The notes under the pieces are model-generated. The model ran no database searches. It was not told the origin of the DNA and worked only from the letters and a program-made list of their open reading frames with translations. 64,000 bases of DNA from a virus. Its lineage: Duplodnaviria > Caudoviricetes. Position numbers and translations under genes: made by a program. Shown here in pieces: positions 18,628 to 28,266 of the stretch. The stretch is from positions 27,823 through 91,822 of the IMG/VR virus record IMGVR_UViG_3300021255_004321. One strand, written 5' to 3'. Each line of letters begins with the position of its first letter. The stretch's first letter is position 1.

Positions 18628-19958
18628 TGGCTAAGAAAGCCCCAAACATTGAACTCCCAGAACTTAATGTCCGTTTAGGAGAATTTAATATATTGGGTTC
18701 AGACGCATATCGTTCTTTTGACTTTATTGCAGATGAAGATGCGTTTTTACCAAGATGTGTTATCCGTTTGAGTGATAAAGGCGGAGATGTATTCCGCTCA
18801 TTTTTGAACTTAAGTATTGGAACAAAAGTTGAAGTAACAATAACAGAAGGTTCAGACACAAAGGAAAGAAAAAGTGGCTCAAAAGATAATTACAGTATGA
18901 ACTTAACCAACCTTGCTATAGGTGCAGTATATTCAAACAGTAAGGTCCTTGGCTTCGGTGACGGCGGACTTGAAATTCTTTGTGAGCATCCTTGGTCTAT
19001 CGCTCAAGACTTTAGTCCTCACGCATACGCAGGTAAATCAAATTCAGAAATCATTAAATCTTTAGTTCAAAATACTTCATCAAGAGGCTTTGGCTTTGAA
19101 AAGATTGATAGGGAAATCTTTCAATCAACAGATGAAGACGGCACTACACCAAGATATAACTGCGGTGAAGGCGACCTCAACTTTATTGTAAACAAATTAC
19201 TCCCTTACACAACAGTAAACAACAACCCAGTTGTGTTCTTTGTTGATGATAAGAATAATGTTCACCTTGAGTCGTTTCAGTCAATGTTTTCAAGAGATGC
19301 AAAGTTGTTAGTTATTGGCGGCAATGAAGAAGACGTTGATGATGAGATAAGAGCAAAAGCAAAGTCTTTAGGCGGTCTTGCTATAAGTTCTAATCTTCTT
19401 GCAAAAATTGGAGATAAGAGACCTGATAGGTTTACAAAGATACTTAAAAGAGAAATTGCAATGGACGATTGTTCCGCTTTATTGACATACACAGGTAAAT
19501 TACTTCCTAAAGTTGCAATCGCTAAATACTCACAAGGTAAATCATCAAAAGGCTACATCCCTGTAAACTTTGGAAGAATGATAACATCTGATGCTACGGA
19601 TAAAGTTTATTATACAAATCATATGTATAATGACCTTAAAGCTGCTGCACTTAATGAACAAAAAGATTTTAATTCTTTATTCAAAATTGATATTGATGTT
19701 TCATTCTGTGGTCATTTGGTTTCAGTAGGCGATAATGTTGAAATAAAAATCCCAATAGCAAAAGATGAAAATAATGAAACTGTAAATCACTGGATGGATG
19801 GTAAGTGGCACATTAAAGCAATCAAGTATAAATGGGACCCATCATCAGGAGTCCCAGGGATGACACTTACATTAACAAGGCCTTCATTCGTATTTAACTC
19901 GACTACAACAATCGCAAATCGTGATGAGTTTTACGGTGTAGGTATGACAATAATTTAA
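18627..19958 (+). CDS. baseplate hub (T4 gp27/P2 gpD-like)
   Basis: 'GKSNSEII', 'EGDLNFI', C-terminal 'VGDNVEI...MDGKWHIKAIKYKW...MTLTLTR'. Confidence 0.7.
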   Translation: MAKKAPNIELPELNVRLGEFNILGSDAYRSFDFIADEDAFLPRCVIRLSDKGGDVFRSFLNLSIGTKVEVTITEGSDTKERKSGSKDNYSMNLTNLAIGAVYSNSKVLGFGDGGLEILCEHPWSIAQDFSPHAYAGKSNSEIIKSLVQNTSSRGFGFEKIDREIFQSTDEDGTTPRYNCGEGDLNFIVNKLLPYTTVNNNPVVFFVDDKNNVHLESFQSMFSRDAKLLVIGGNEEDVDDEIRAKAKSLGGLAISSNLLAKIGDKRPDRFTKILKREIAMDDCSALLTYTGKLLPKVAIAKYSQGKSSKGYIPVNFGRMITSDATDKVYYTNHMYNDLKAAALNEQKDFNSLFKIDIDVSFCGHLVSVGDNVEIKIPIAKDENNETVNHWMDGKWHIKAIKYKWDPSSGVPGMTLTLTRPSFVFNSTTTIANRDEFYGVGMTII

Positions 19959-19967
19959 GAGGTTGAT

Positions 19968-20702
19968 ATGATTGAAGCACATAAGTTTGATGGCAGCTTA
20001 AAACTTTACAGAGCAAATATCTACGCAAATGTTAAAAAAGGTGATGACCGTTTACAAGTAAGGATTATGCCTTATATGGCAGGCATCACAGGAGAAGATG
20101 AAGCAAACTTACCTAAATATCCGCCTCTTTATAAAGGCCACGTTATTCGTGGATATGCTGAAACAGATTCACAATCAAATGGTGGTAAAGTTACTTCGAT
20201 ATTTGTTCTTGCTAACGATGACTTTACTGTAGGATATTGTCTTGACCCGATAAATGAGTTTAATGGTGCTCTTAAAGGCGCACTTAAAACATCTTGGAAT
20301 TATCAAGAGACGAAATCAGTTTTGCAAAGATGCGGCTTTATGCCTCAAGAGTTTACTTATGAAAACATTACTTGTGATATGAATGAAAATGGTTCACTCA
20401 TTGAACTTGGAGCATATAATCAACCATTCAAAATTATTATGACTTCAACAGGTGATGTTATTGGTGTTATGGCTCATCGTTGTTTCTTGATGGCTCGTTC
20501 AGGTCCAAAGTCAGGTACCGACTCTTCATACATTGATATAAGACCGACAAGAGTTGAAATTAAATCAAAAGTTGTAGACTTATCAAAATCAGATGCAGTT
20601 ATTTTGGGACACCGTGGTATGAATGTTGTTGCAACATTTGCTGAAAGTGCTGTTCCTTGTGAGGGTGTTAATCTTGCGCCGTGTAAAACAATCAAAGTCT
20701 AA
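19968..20702 (+). CDS. baseplate central spike, gp5/gpV OB-fold-like
   Basis: 'LYRANI...DDRLQVRIMP' N-terminus, beta-rich C-terminus, follows the hub gene. Confidence 0.6.
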   Translation: MIEAHKFDGSLKLYRANIYANVKKGDDRLQVRIMPYMAGITGEDEANLPKYPPLYKGHVIRGYAETDSQSNGGKVTSIFVLANDDFTVGYCLDPINEFNGALKGALKTSWNYQETKSVLQRCGFMPQEFTYENITCDMNENGSLIELGAYNQPFKIIMTSTGDVIGVMAHRCFLMARSGPKSGTDSSYIDIRPTRVEIKSKVVDLSKSDAVILGHRGMNVVATFAESAVPCEGVNLAPCKTIKV

Positions 20703-21021
20703 AAAGAAAACTGCTGCAGCAAAAATGAAAGAAGAGTTTCGTATGACACCTGAATGGTGGGCAATGCGAAAAGAGTTGATTGCTGAACAAAAGAAAGACC
20801 CAGTTACAAATGCCAAACTTTCTCCTAAAGCAAACTGCCATCATCTTGACCAACGAACTGAAAACTATACAAGCACCGACAAAAGACGGTATCTTATGTT
20901 GCAACCGCTTACACACAAGGTTATTCATTTTCTTTACCGCTTGTATAAAAAACAAGGAGAGCATCTTTTCGACACTCTCCGTAACATTTTCAAATTGATG
21001 GATAAGTATTCAAACGATTAG
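20674..21021 (+). CDS. HNH endonuclease-like protein
   Basis: 'FRMTPEWWAMRK...NCHHLD...YLMLQPLTHKVIH'; start uncertain (TTG 20674 after GAGG, or ATG 20725). Confidence 0.55.
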   Translation: MRRVKQSKSKKKTAAAKMKEEFRMTPEWWAMRKELIAEQKKDPVTNAKLSPKANCHHLDQRTENYTSTDKRRYLMLQPLTHKVIHFLYRLYKKQGEHLFDTLRNIFKLMDKYSND

Positions 21022-22715
21022 TTTGGGTACTTTTTCCAGAATGAAGCAGGTGTATTTGCTGCCCAAGCAAACTTTTTCTGCTGTGCTGCATTGTAAATTA
21101 TTCCGATGTCAACTCCCAAATCTTTACAGAAGCTGTATGCAACTTTTGGTGAACTGTAATTCAACTTTGCAGTACCAAGGGCGATGTTCTTTGTTGCCTT
21201 TTTAAGGTCTTTATTTGCTTCAAGTTTCTGAACTCTCAATTCTGCTTTTTCAACCTGAGCCTTGATTTTGTTTTCTCTTTCAGCAATTACATCCAAGAGA
21301 CCTTTAAGTTCTTCACCTGAGTACTTCTTTTTGCAAGCTGCCTTCTGCTTTTTGAGTTTTGCAAGCTGAACTTTTGCTTTTGCAGCGCGGGCTTTTTCTG
21401 TTTCTTTTGCCTTCTTAATTGTTTCGTCAGTCTTATCCATCTGAGTTGCGAAGTTCTTTGCAACATTTTTCTGATGATTAAGTTTTGTTGATACAACCAA
21501 GCAAGCATTGTCGTAAATTGAACGGATTTTCCATTCAGGCATTCCCTTCTTAACTTCAGCTTTCTGAAGTTCCTCAGCAAGAAGCTTTGTTCCGTAAGTT
21601 GTGCGGAAAAGTTTTCCTGTTACATAAGACAGGCAATCTGAAAGGAACTTGTTTACTGTTCCTGCAGAAGCTTTATCAAAAACTCTGTCATTTGGTTTTT
21701 TGTTTGCAACAAAAGTCTTCAAAGCTTTTTCAACATTTGCTGGGATTTCAACTGTGTTGTGGTATCTTACGGTATCTTTTCCAAGGAAGTCAAGTTCCAA
21801 GGTTCCGTTTCCAACCTTGATGTTCTTTACGAGGAGCTGGGAAGCGCCTACTGTTCCGTTTTCAAACTTATCAAGCTTTTCAGTGCCAATACGAATACCT
21901 GTGCGAAGTATCAACCAAGAAACAACGGCTTCCTGCTTGTTTGCGTTTACTCCGTCTTCGATATATTTTTCCATTATCGGCCAATCTTTTGCAAGCTGCT
22001 GAGCTTTTTCATACTTGTGTTTGTCAGCATCCTGCTTTACTGTTGAAGTTGCCCCGAAGCCATACTTCTTTTTAAGAGTTGCATAACCTTCTCCGATATG
22101 AACATCAAAATAAGTTGCAACATAAGCTTCACGGTTTTCAACAACTGCCTTCCACTTGTGTCCTGCAGGAGGCTGAGGGATTTTTGATTTGTCACCGATG
22201 TAATTGATTGTGACATCTTCAGGCTGAATTGCCCACTTCCACATTCCGTTCATTGGGCATTTGCCGCGGCCAACATACACTCCTTCAGGCTCAAGAACAT
22301 ATCCGCCGATCTGCTGTTCAACACCATCAAGATAAATTACACCGTATTCTTTTTTGATTTTTTCGTTTTCGAGTTTCTTTGCTTCACGGGCTTCTTTTGT
22401 ATTTGCAAGCTTCTTTGCTTCTTTAATCAATTCGTTTTCTGTCCGCATTGCTTCGATTGTCTTTTCGTATCCTTCAGGGAAAGTCTGAGGCATTCCTGCA
22501 GGAACATTCTTGAGGAATGTTTTTGCAAAGTTTTTCTGAAAGTCGGTACGATTTCGATAGTCGTCGCCAAGAACTGCCCAGTGCCAAAGCATATCTTCAG
22601 AAAGATAATCAAGCTTTATTCCATTGACAAAAAACTTGCCTTTATATTCATAAGGTTTTGGGAAAAGTGGTCCCTTGTGTTCGATTGTCTTAAATTTTGC
22701 AGCTTTTTTAGCCAT
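21018..22715 (-). CDS. top1: DNA topoisomerase IB, long eukaryote/archaeal type
   Basis: IEHKGPLFPKPYE, EPEGVYVGRG, IQPEDVTIN, PPAGHKWK, IRIGTEK, TVGAS, DFLGKD, KLFRT, LNHQK, coiled-coil linker, IALGTAKLNY: colinear with human Top1 motifs. Confidence 0.95.
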   Translation of the reverse strand: MAKKAAKFKTIEHKGPLFPKPYEYKGKFFVNGIKLDYLSEDMLWHWAVLGDDYRNRTDFQKNFAKTFLKNVPAGMPQTFPEGYEKTIEAMRTENELIKEAKKLANTKEAREAKKLENEKIKKEYGVIYLDGVEQQIGGYVLEPEGVYVGRGKCPMNGMWKWAIQPEDVTINYIGDKSKIPQPPAGHKWKAVVENREAYVATYFDVHIGEGYATLKKKYGFGATSTVKQDADKHKYEKAQQLAKDWPIMEKYIEDGVNANKQEAVVSWLILRTGIRIGTEKLDKFENGTVGASQLLVKNIKVGNGTLELDFLGKDTVRYHNTVEIPANVEKALKTFVANKKPNDRVFDKASAGTVNKFLSDCLSYVTGKLFRTTYGTKLLAEELQKAEVKKGMPEWKIRSIYDNACLVVSTKLNHQKNVAKNFATQMDKTDETIKKAKETEKARAAKAKVQLAKLKKQKAACKKKYSGEELKGLLDVIAERENKIKAQVEKAELRVQKLEANKDLKKATKNIALGTAKLNYSSPKVAYSFCKDLGVDIGIIYNAAQQKKFAWAANTPASFWKKYPN

Positions 22716-22727
22716 ATTTTCGACTCC

Positions 22728-22765
22728 TTACAGTAATAATATAAAGAATTATTGGTAAAAGTTTA
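22728..22765 (-). promoter_or_regulatory. class A (putative early) promoter of top1
   Basis: TAAACTTTTAC-N9-TTTATATTATTACTGTAA. Confidence 0.7.
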
Positions 22766-22787
22766 AAATAAATTAACTAAAATTTGC

Positions 22788-22876
22788 TTTGACAAAATGA
22801 CAAAAAATGTCAAAATAAAATTTGAACTATAATGGAGGGATAGAATATTAAGAATTGAAGGTAAATTTATTATAAA
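22788..22876. repeat. conserved intergenic element, copy 2 (inverted)
   Basis: TTTGACA-N13-TGTCAAA, then TGTCAAAATAAAATTTGAACTATAATGGAGGGA = reverse complement of 12438-12470. Confidence 0.85.
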
Positions 22877-22948
22877 GTTAATATATCTTTATAAAACTAA
22901 TTATTTTGAAATACACTTAAACGGTAAATTTACCTGTGGAGAAAAATA

Positions 22949-24724
22949 ATGAAATTGAAATCAAAAAAGAAAACACTTCCATTTAAAATTAAATGGAGAA
23001 CACGCAAAGATGAAGGCGCACTTGAACGCCCAACAATAAAAACAACTGAAGTTCTTATCAGCGGAAAGATTTTATGTTGTATCTTGCTCTCAATAATCTC
23101 AGCATTTATTGATATTGTATTCTTTAGTGGATTGTCAAAGTCGGGTTATCCATTTTTCGGAGTATATGTTCCTGCTGCAATAATTCTTTCTATTATGTCA
23201 ATCGGTTTCTCAGGAAGCAAGTTCTTTGTTGCGATGCAACTTGCTGCAATAAAAGAAATCGGCGGTCGTTTGAAAGATATGCTTGGTGAAAACTACAAGC
23301 ATCGTCTTGTGTGGTTAAAATTAAAATGGAATCTTATTCATAAGTTTTTGATAACTATTTCAATCATAACTTCTATTTCATTGTCAGTTATCACAATCGG
23401 AAACGGTGTTCGTCAGATGGAGCAGAACATCAAAAATCAAACAATTGATGCGCAGTATTTGATTGATTTGAAAACATCAATGAGAACAAATACAACTGAC
23501 AAACGAGAAGCGGCGAAAGCAAATATCGAAGGCGCAAAGTCAGCACAATCTTCAGCAAAAGAAGCAGTAGATAAGTATTGGACTTTACTTGATGATTACC
23601 AAACTAAGATAAGAGCAGTTAGAACAGATGACTCATTGACAGACGAAGATAAAGATGCTCAAATTGCAAAGATTAAAAAAGAAGCAGTAAATTCTTTACC
23701 TGTAGTTACAAGCAAGAATGTTGAGTATATTTCAAAGCCTGAATTTGAAAGAGAGTTTGCAAAAATTACAAAAGCAAATGAAACTATTGATACATCTTCT
23801 TTATATGAAGAAGCAATTGCATACGATGAAGCTGAACTTAATTCTTATATCATAGCTTTGCAGGATAAAGAGTATCGTACTCCTGATGGACAACTTATTC
23901 AGTTTATCAATGAAGACGGCACACCTGTAAACAGAGAACTTGCCATAGCTCGTTTGCAAAACTCAATTATGGCTTGGCAGTCAGATACAGGAGACGCAGG
24001 TCCTTCTTCAAAAGTATTTACTTTAGTTGCAACATATCTTAAGACTGATGAAAAAGCAGGCGGTATGGGAACATCAGAAGTTATTATGATGGTTCTTATT
24101 ATGGTCTTTGGTATTGTTCAGGAATTTATTATTGCTGCATTTACTCCAAGAGCAACAATAAGTCGTAAGATGCTTTCTCAGTTTAGCGAATATCTTTACG
24201 GTGTTGACATCAACAGATTTATGCTTAAGACTTATAAAGATTACTATGACTTAGGTTTGTTGAAGTCTGATGAATATGAAAGAAAATGTAAGAAAGCAGT
24301 AGGACTTCTTGATAACAATGTTGATGCAATTATCGCAAAATATAAAGGTGAAGATGTTGAGAATCCTGAAGTCGTAAGACTTGAAGCAGAAGTTGATAAG
24401 TATAAACAGCAGGCAGAAGGTTATTTAGCAACATCTGCAGACTTTCACAACAAGCTTATGAAAGAAACAGAAAAGAATGAACAGTTGACAAATGATATGT
24501 TGGCAAAAGACGACCTTGTTCAGGATTTGAAGTATAAGCTTGCTCAAAAAGAAAATGAAATTGCAAACCTTAAAGTTGTCGAAGCGCCTGCAGTTGTTGA
24601 GGCAAAGGTTGAGCCAGTAAAAGTTGAAAGAAAGATTGAAAGAAAGATTGTAAAAGAGCCAAAAGAACAGGAATTCTCATCAGCAGTCGATGAGAAAGCA
24701 AAAGAAGTAGAGGCATTGTTGTAA
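22949..24724 (+). CDS. multi-pass membrane protein with long coiled coils
   Basis: Three N-terminal hydrophobic helices, a large soluble loop, another TM segment (VIMMVLIMVFGIV), C-terminal coiled coil. Confidence 0.75.
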   Translation: MKLKSKKKTLPFKIKWRTRKDEGALERPTIKTTEVLISGKILCCILLSIISAFIDIVFFSGLSKSGYPFFGVYVPAAIILSIMSIGFSGSKFFVAMQLAAIKEIGGRLKDMLGENYKHRLVWLKLKWNLIHKFLITISIITSISLSVITIGNGVRQMEQNIKNQTIDAQYLIDLKTSMRTNTTDKREAAKANIEGAKSAQSSAKEAVDKYWTLLDDYQTKIRAVRTDDSLTDEDKDAQIAKIKKEAVNSLPVVTSKNVEYISKPEFEREFAKITKANETIDTSSLYEEAIAYDEAELNSYIIALQDKEYRTPDGQLIQFINEDGTPVNRELAIARLQNSIMAWQSDTGDAGPSSKVFTLVATYLKTDEKAGGMGTSEVIMMVLIMVFGIVQEFIIAAFTPRATISRKMLSQFSEYLYGVDINRFMLKTYKDYYDLGLLKSDEYERKCKKAVGLLDNNVDAIIAKYKGEDVENPEVVRLEAEVDKYKQQAEGYLATSADFHNKLMKETEKNEQLTNDMLAKDDLVQDLKYKLAQKENEIANLKVVEAPAVVEAKVEPVKVERKIERKIVKEPKEQEFSSAVDEKAKEVEALL

Positions 24725-25461
24725 TGAAAGAAAGTGAAGTATTAGAAAAGTTTGAGCTCTTCAAGAATGGACTTATCAAAAAGAATACAAGAATTGGAGA
24801 ACTTGAGCAAGAAGTAAGTAACTTAAAACAGGAATGCAGCGACAAGTCTTTATCAATCAATCAACTTGTTCTGCAAAATGAAGAAAAGGCGAACGCAATT
24901 GAGCAGTTGCGTTCAGATTATAACAACCGCGCCACTGAGCTTGAAAATAAATATAACGACTTGAAAGAAAAGACTTATAAAACAATCAAGCATTTGGTTG
25001 AGGATGTTATCGAAGCTCAAGAAAAGAAGATTGCAGACTTACAAAAAGAAATTATGCGGCTTGAAAACAGAAAAGAAAAACACGACACAACTGAAGATGT
25101 TGATGTTATGATGACAAAAATTCATACGACTGATGTTGATAAGTCAGCAGTTGATGAAACAATGGAGTCCATAAAAAGAGGTGAAAAACTTTTCAAGCAG
25201 TATTCGTTTGGTGTTGCAAACAAAGAAACTGTAAAAATGTTTGAAACATTTATTCATAATATATATGAACAAGCGCCTTTAATCGGTAGATTTTACATTC
25301 TTAATAACCCATTCAACTGTATGAATGGGCTTGATAAAGACGCTTGTGCCTCTTTACTTCAGCATTTAATTCAAGAAAGGATTGTTGAAACAAGAGGTGA
25401 TGAATATATATCACAATACCTTGAAGAAGACGTTATCAAAGAAATCACAAAAGAGTGTTAA
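24724..25461 (+). CDS. coiled-coil protein with possible C-terminal winged helix
   Basis: Heptad N-terminal half; C-terminal 'DKDACASLLQHLIQERIVETRGDEYIS'; TAATG coupling to the upstream gene. Confidence 0.65.
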   Translation: MKESEVLEKFELFKNGLIKKNTRIGELEQEVSNLKQECSDKSLSINQLVLQNEEKANAIEQLRSDYNNRATELENKYNDLKEKTYKTIKHLVEDVIEAQEKKIADLQKEIMRLENRKEKHDTTEDVDVMMTKIHTTDVDKSAVDETMESIKRGEKLFKQYSFGVANKETVKMFETFIHNIYEQAPLIGRFYILNNPFNCMNGLDKDACASLLQHLIQERIVETRGDEYISQYLEEDVIKEITKEC

Positions 25462-25470
25462 TATCTTTAT

Positions 25471-25830
25471 ATGGAAAAATTAGCAATGGATAGAGACACA
25501 AAAGAACTCCTTGAAGACGTTTGTTCTTTGTTTGGTGTCAAAGCTGATATTATAAAAGACGTTTGGGAATATACAATGATTGTTTGGCTATTAAAGCTTG
25601 CCGACTCAAACGCAAACTTGAAAAGAATAAAAATTCCTTATGTAGGCTCTGTTGGTCTTCGTTTCCTTGGAGAAAAAATGGGAGATGAAAAGATTGATGC
25701 CGATTATGATGCATTTCTTGCATTAAATGAGAACTTTAAGGACGTTCTTAAAACAATCAAAAACAACGGTTCAGATGAGCTTACTGAACTTATTCAACAA
25801 AAAATTAAAAAATTAGCCTCTCAAGTATAA
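25471..25830 (+). CDS. possible HU/IHF-like DNA-binding protein
   Basis: Two helices then 'RIKIPYVGSVGLR', resembling HU 'VxLxGFGxF'. Confidence 0.4.
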   Translation: MEKLAMDRDTKELLEDVCSLFGVKADIIKDVWEYTMIVWLLKLADSNANLKRIKIPYVGSVGLRFLGEKMGDEKIDADYDAFLALNENFKDVLKTIKNNGSDELTELIQQKIKKLASQV

Positions 25831-25835
25831 CGCAT

Positions 25836-25867
25836 TGTCTTCCTTAACTAATTATTTAAGGAAGACA
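25836..25867 (+). promoter_or_regulatory. RBS-sequestering hairpin containing a class C promoter motif
   Basis: Perfect 12-bp inverted repeat TGTCTTCCTTAA / TTAAGGAAGACA; ACTAATT at 25847-25853. Confidence 0.75.
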
Positions 25868-25869
25868 CA

Positions 25870-28248
25870 ATGGCACAAGACAACGAAAGATACGAAAAGA
25901 AATATACATTCCAAAAGAAACCTTGGAAAGTTTGGATGTCATCTGCTCCAAACCCAACTGCTGTATTAGTATCAGCAAGACAACTTCTTGAAGGAACTTC
26001 GCTCGGTCACAACATTCTTATTTATAACGGAAATCTCTATTCAAACGGCGTTTTCTCAGGAACGTCATTCCTTGATTTTTACAGATATTGTCTTGATGTT
26101 GAGCCAGCACTTTTTGATAGAAGAAGTAAGTTTGGTACTTATGAATATGATTTAGGCTCAAGTCTTTATGATGTTCTTCATAGAGACAAAATTACAGTAA
26201 ACTTACATAATAAAGATGCTGCGTTATATCCTGAAGATATTAAAGCATTCTTTGGTGTAAACTCAACTTGGGCACCTTGGTTCCATAAGAACTCAAATAT
26301 GATACAGGACAACTTTGGTGTTTCATATAATGCCGGTGACTGTTTCACTGCTGAAGCAACAAATCAGGAAATTTCTTATGCCAACCTCGAGTCAGATATT
26401 ATCTGTTACCAAAAAGATGATATTTTCTCAAACACAATGGCGTTTGAAGATGGTAAAGTTGCTTACACAAAGATCCAACTTAATCAAAGAAAAACAATGG
26501 TTATGAAGTTGATTGTAGGAGCAATCCTATTCAACTCAAATGAGCCATCACTTATAACAGAAATCAATGACCAGAATGTAACATCAGTATTCTCAAAGTT
26601 TTCAAACGATGATAAAACAAATCATTTATTTGATTATATTTACTTCTGGGTTAAAGCTCCATTCTGTGCTGATTACATTGACCCTGATGACTTCAATCAG
26701 AACTTAAATCAGGATGCTGATGTTGTTCACAGAAACTTATTGATTTCATCACAGTATGTTGACAAAATCAGAAACAACTTCAACCGTTTTAATGAAGCTT
26801 TTGATTATCAGAAAAGTGAAGATGAAGATACTTCTTCATTAACAGAATTCCTTGAACAGTTCTCTCGTCCATACATTCCAACAAACTCACCTCTTAAAGA
26901 CTTTGTTTCAAACAAGTTGTTAGGCGCTGAAGCAATTACTGATTATGATTATGATGAACACTCTAATGTGGTATCAACTGCAGAAGAGTTGATAAAAAGA
27001 TCATACATAATGGACGAAAAGTATGAGATTGAAGACCTTCCTAATGCAAATGTATTGGGTTCTGTTTATTCTCTTCCTGTTCGTAAGGTAAATGGTGAGT
27101 TACAAAGAATCACTCCTTTCAACTTCTACGACCCAGACAGTAGAGAAGATTCTGAATACTATCGTCTTCTTGGTAGACTTCCTACCCTTATCGGTAAAGA
27201 AGGTAACATTACAACTGATGGCCGTATTATGTCGCCAACAATTGACGAACTTTGGTACATCGTTAAAAAGATTATTTCAGGTGAGCCAATTCACGGTTCA
27301 ATTCCATCAAACATTGCTTTGCCTAATAATGAAGTTGCAGAAGATACAACTTTGAAAGAAGCCATTATGGCTCAGTACAAGCAGTCTTTTGATGGCGTTA
27401 GCAAAGCTATTGACCCAATTGATTTTGCGTATGAATACGATGAAAATGGCAAAATAAATAAAGTAAGTGTTAAAGAGTATGTCGTTCAACCTGAAAACAT
27501 TACTCACAAAATATACACATTACTTGCCGCAGTATCAACAAGACTTAATAAGTTCTATAATGAAAATGTTGCATTGAACGATGAGTTTACAACTGATGAA
27601 GAAAGCGGCATTGTAACATACACAGGTAATTCAAGAGCTCTTAATCGTGTAGGCGATTATATTCTTGGCACAACAAAAATGGAAACAGCATCAAATGCTG
27701 ACAAAGAATATGGTCCTCGTGCAAGCGCTCCGTTATCTCTCCGTGAACTTGAAGCTGCAATTCTTGGTAACAAGTACAACATTGAAAACAACTTTGTATT
27801 TGCTTCAAAGACTTATGCAGTTACAGGTAAGTTTGGTAAGAGATTAGTTGACGAAGAAAACAACATCTTGTCAGGCGGTTCATTGTATCAAATGCACCGT
27901 GATTACAACGCTGATGTTGAAAATCCAAATACTTACTTTGAACTTGGCGGAAAAAGAGATGGTGCAAGCGGTTACGATATTACTGCAGGTGACTTGAATG
28001 GCGAGCAAGAAGTAAACACAGAAGGCCCAAGTCCTATCCCAGTTTATATCTTGGACAAAAATCTTAAGAGAACTAAAGTAACAAATATAACACAACTTCC
28101 TATAATGGTTTCAAATTACGGCAAATCTGAATTGTTGTCTGCAGAACAAGGAAAGTACACAGGCGCTGATGTTTATATGGCAGCAGACGGTACTTGGCGT
28201 TACAAAGCAGAACATATGAGATTGCCGATATTAAGAAGCCGTTACTAA
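25870..28248 (+). CDS. putative virion structural protein
   Basis: 792 aa, N/D/Y-rich, class C motif upstream, next to the fibre gene. Confidence 0.6.
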   Translation: MAQDNERYEKKYTFQKKPWKVWMSSAPNPTAVLVSARQLLEGTSLGHNILIYNGNLYSNGVFSGTSFLDFYRYCLDVEPALFDRRSKFGTYEYDLGSSLYDVLHRDKITVNLHNKDAALYPEDIKAFFGVNSTWAPWFHKNSNMIQDNFGVSYNAGDCFTAEATNQEISYANLESDIICYQKDDIFSNTMAFEDGKVAYTKIQLNQRKTMVMKLIVGAILFNSNEPSLITEINDQNVTSVFSKFSNDDKTNHLFDYIYFWVKAPFCADYIDPDDFNQNLNQDADVVHRNLLISSQYVDKIRNNFNRFNEAFDYQKSEDEDTSSLTEFLEQFSRPYIPTNSPLKDFVSNKLLGAEAITDYDYDEHSNVVSTAEELIKRSYIMDEKYEIEDLPNANVLGSVYSLPVRKVNGELQRITPFNFYDPDSREDSEYYRLLGRLPTLIGKEGNITTDGRIMSPTIDELWYIVKKIISGEPIHGSIPSNIALPNNEVAEDTTLKEAIMAQYKQSFDGVSKAIDPIDFAYEYDENGKINKVSVKEYVVQPENITHKIYTLLAAVSTRLNKFYNENVALNDEFTTDEESGIVTYTGNSRALNRVGDYILGTTKMETASNADKEYGPRASAPLSLRELEAAILGNKYNIENNFVFASKTYAVTGKFGKRLVDEENNILSGGSLYQMHRDYNADVENPNTYFELGGKRDGASGYDITAGDLNGEQEVNTEGPSPIPVYILDKNLKRTKVTNITQLPIMVSNYGKSELLSAEQGKYTGADVYMAADGTWRYKAEHMRLPILRSRY

Positions 28249-28266
28249 TTTTTATAACAGAGGAAA

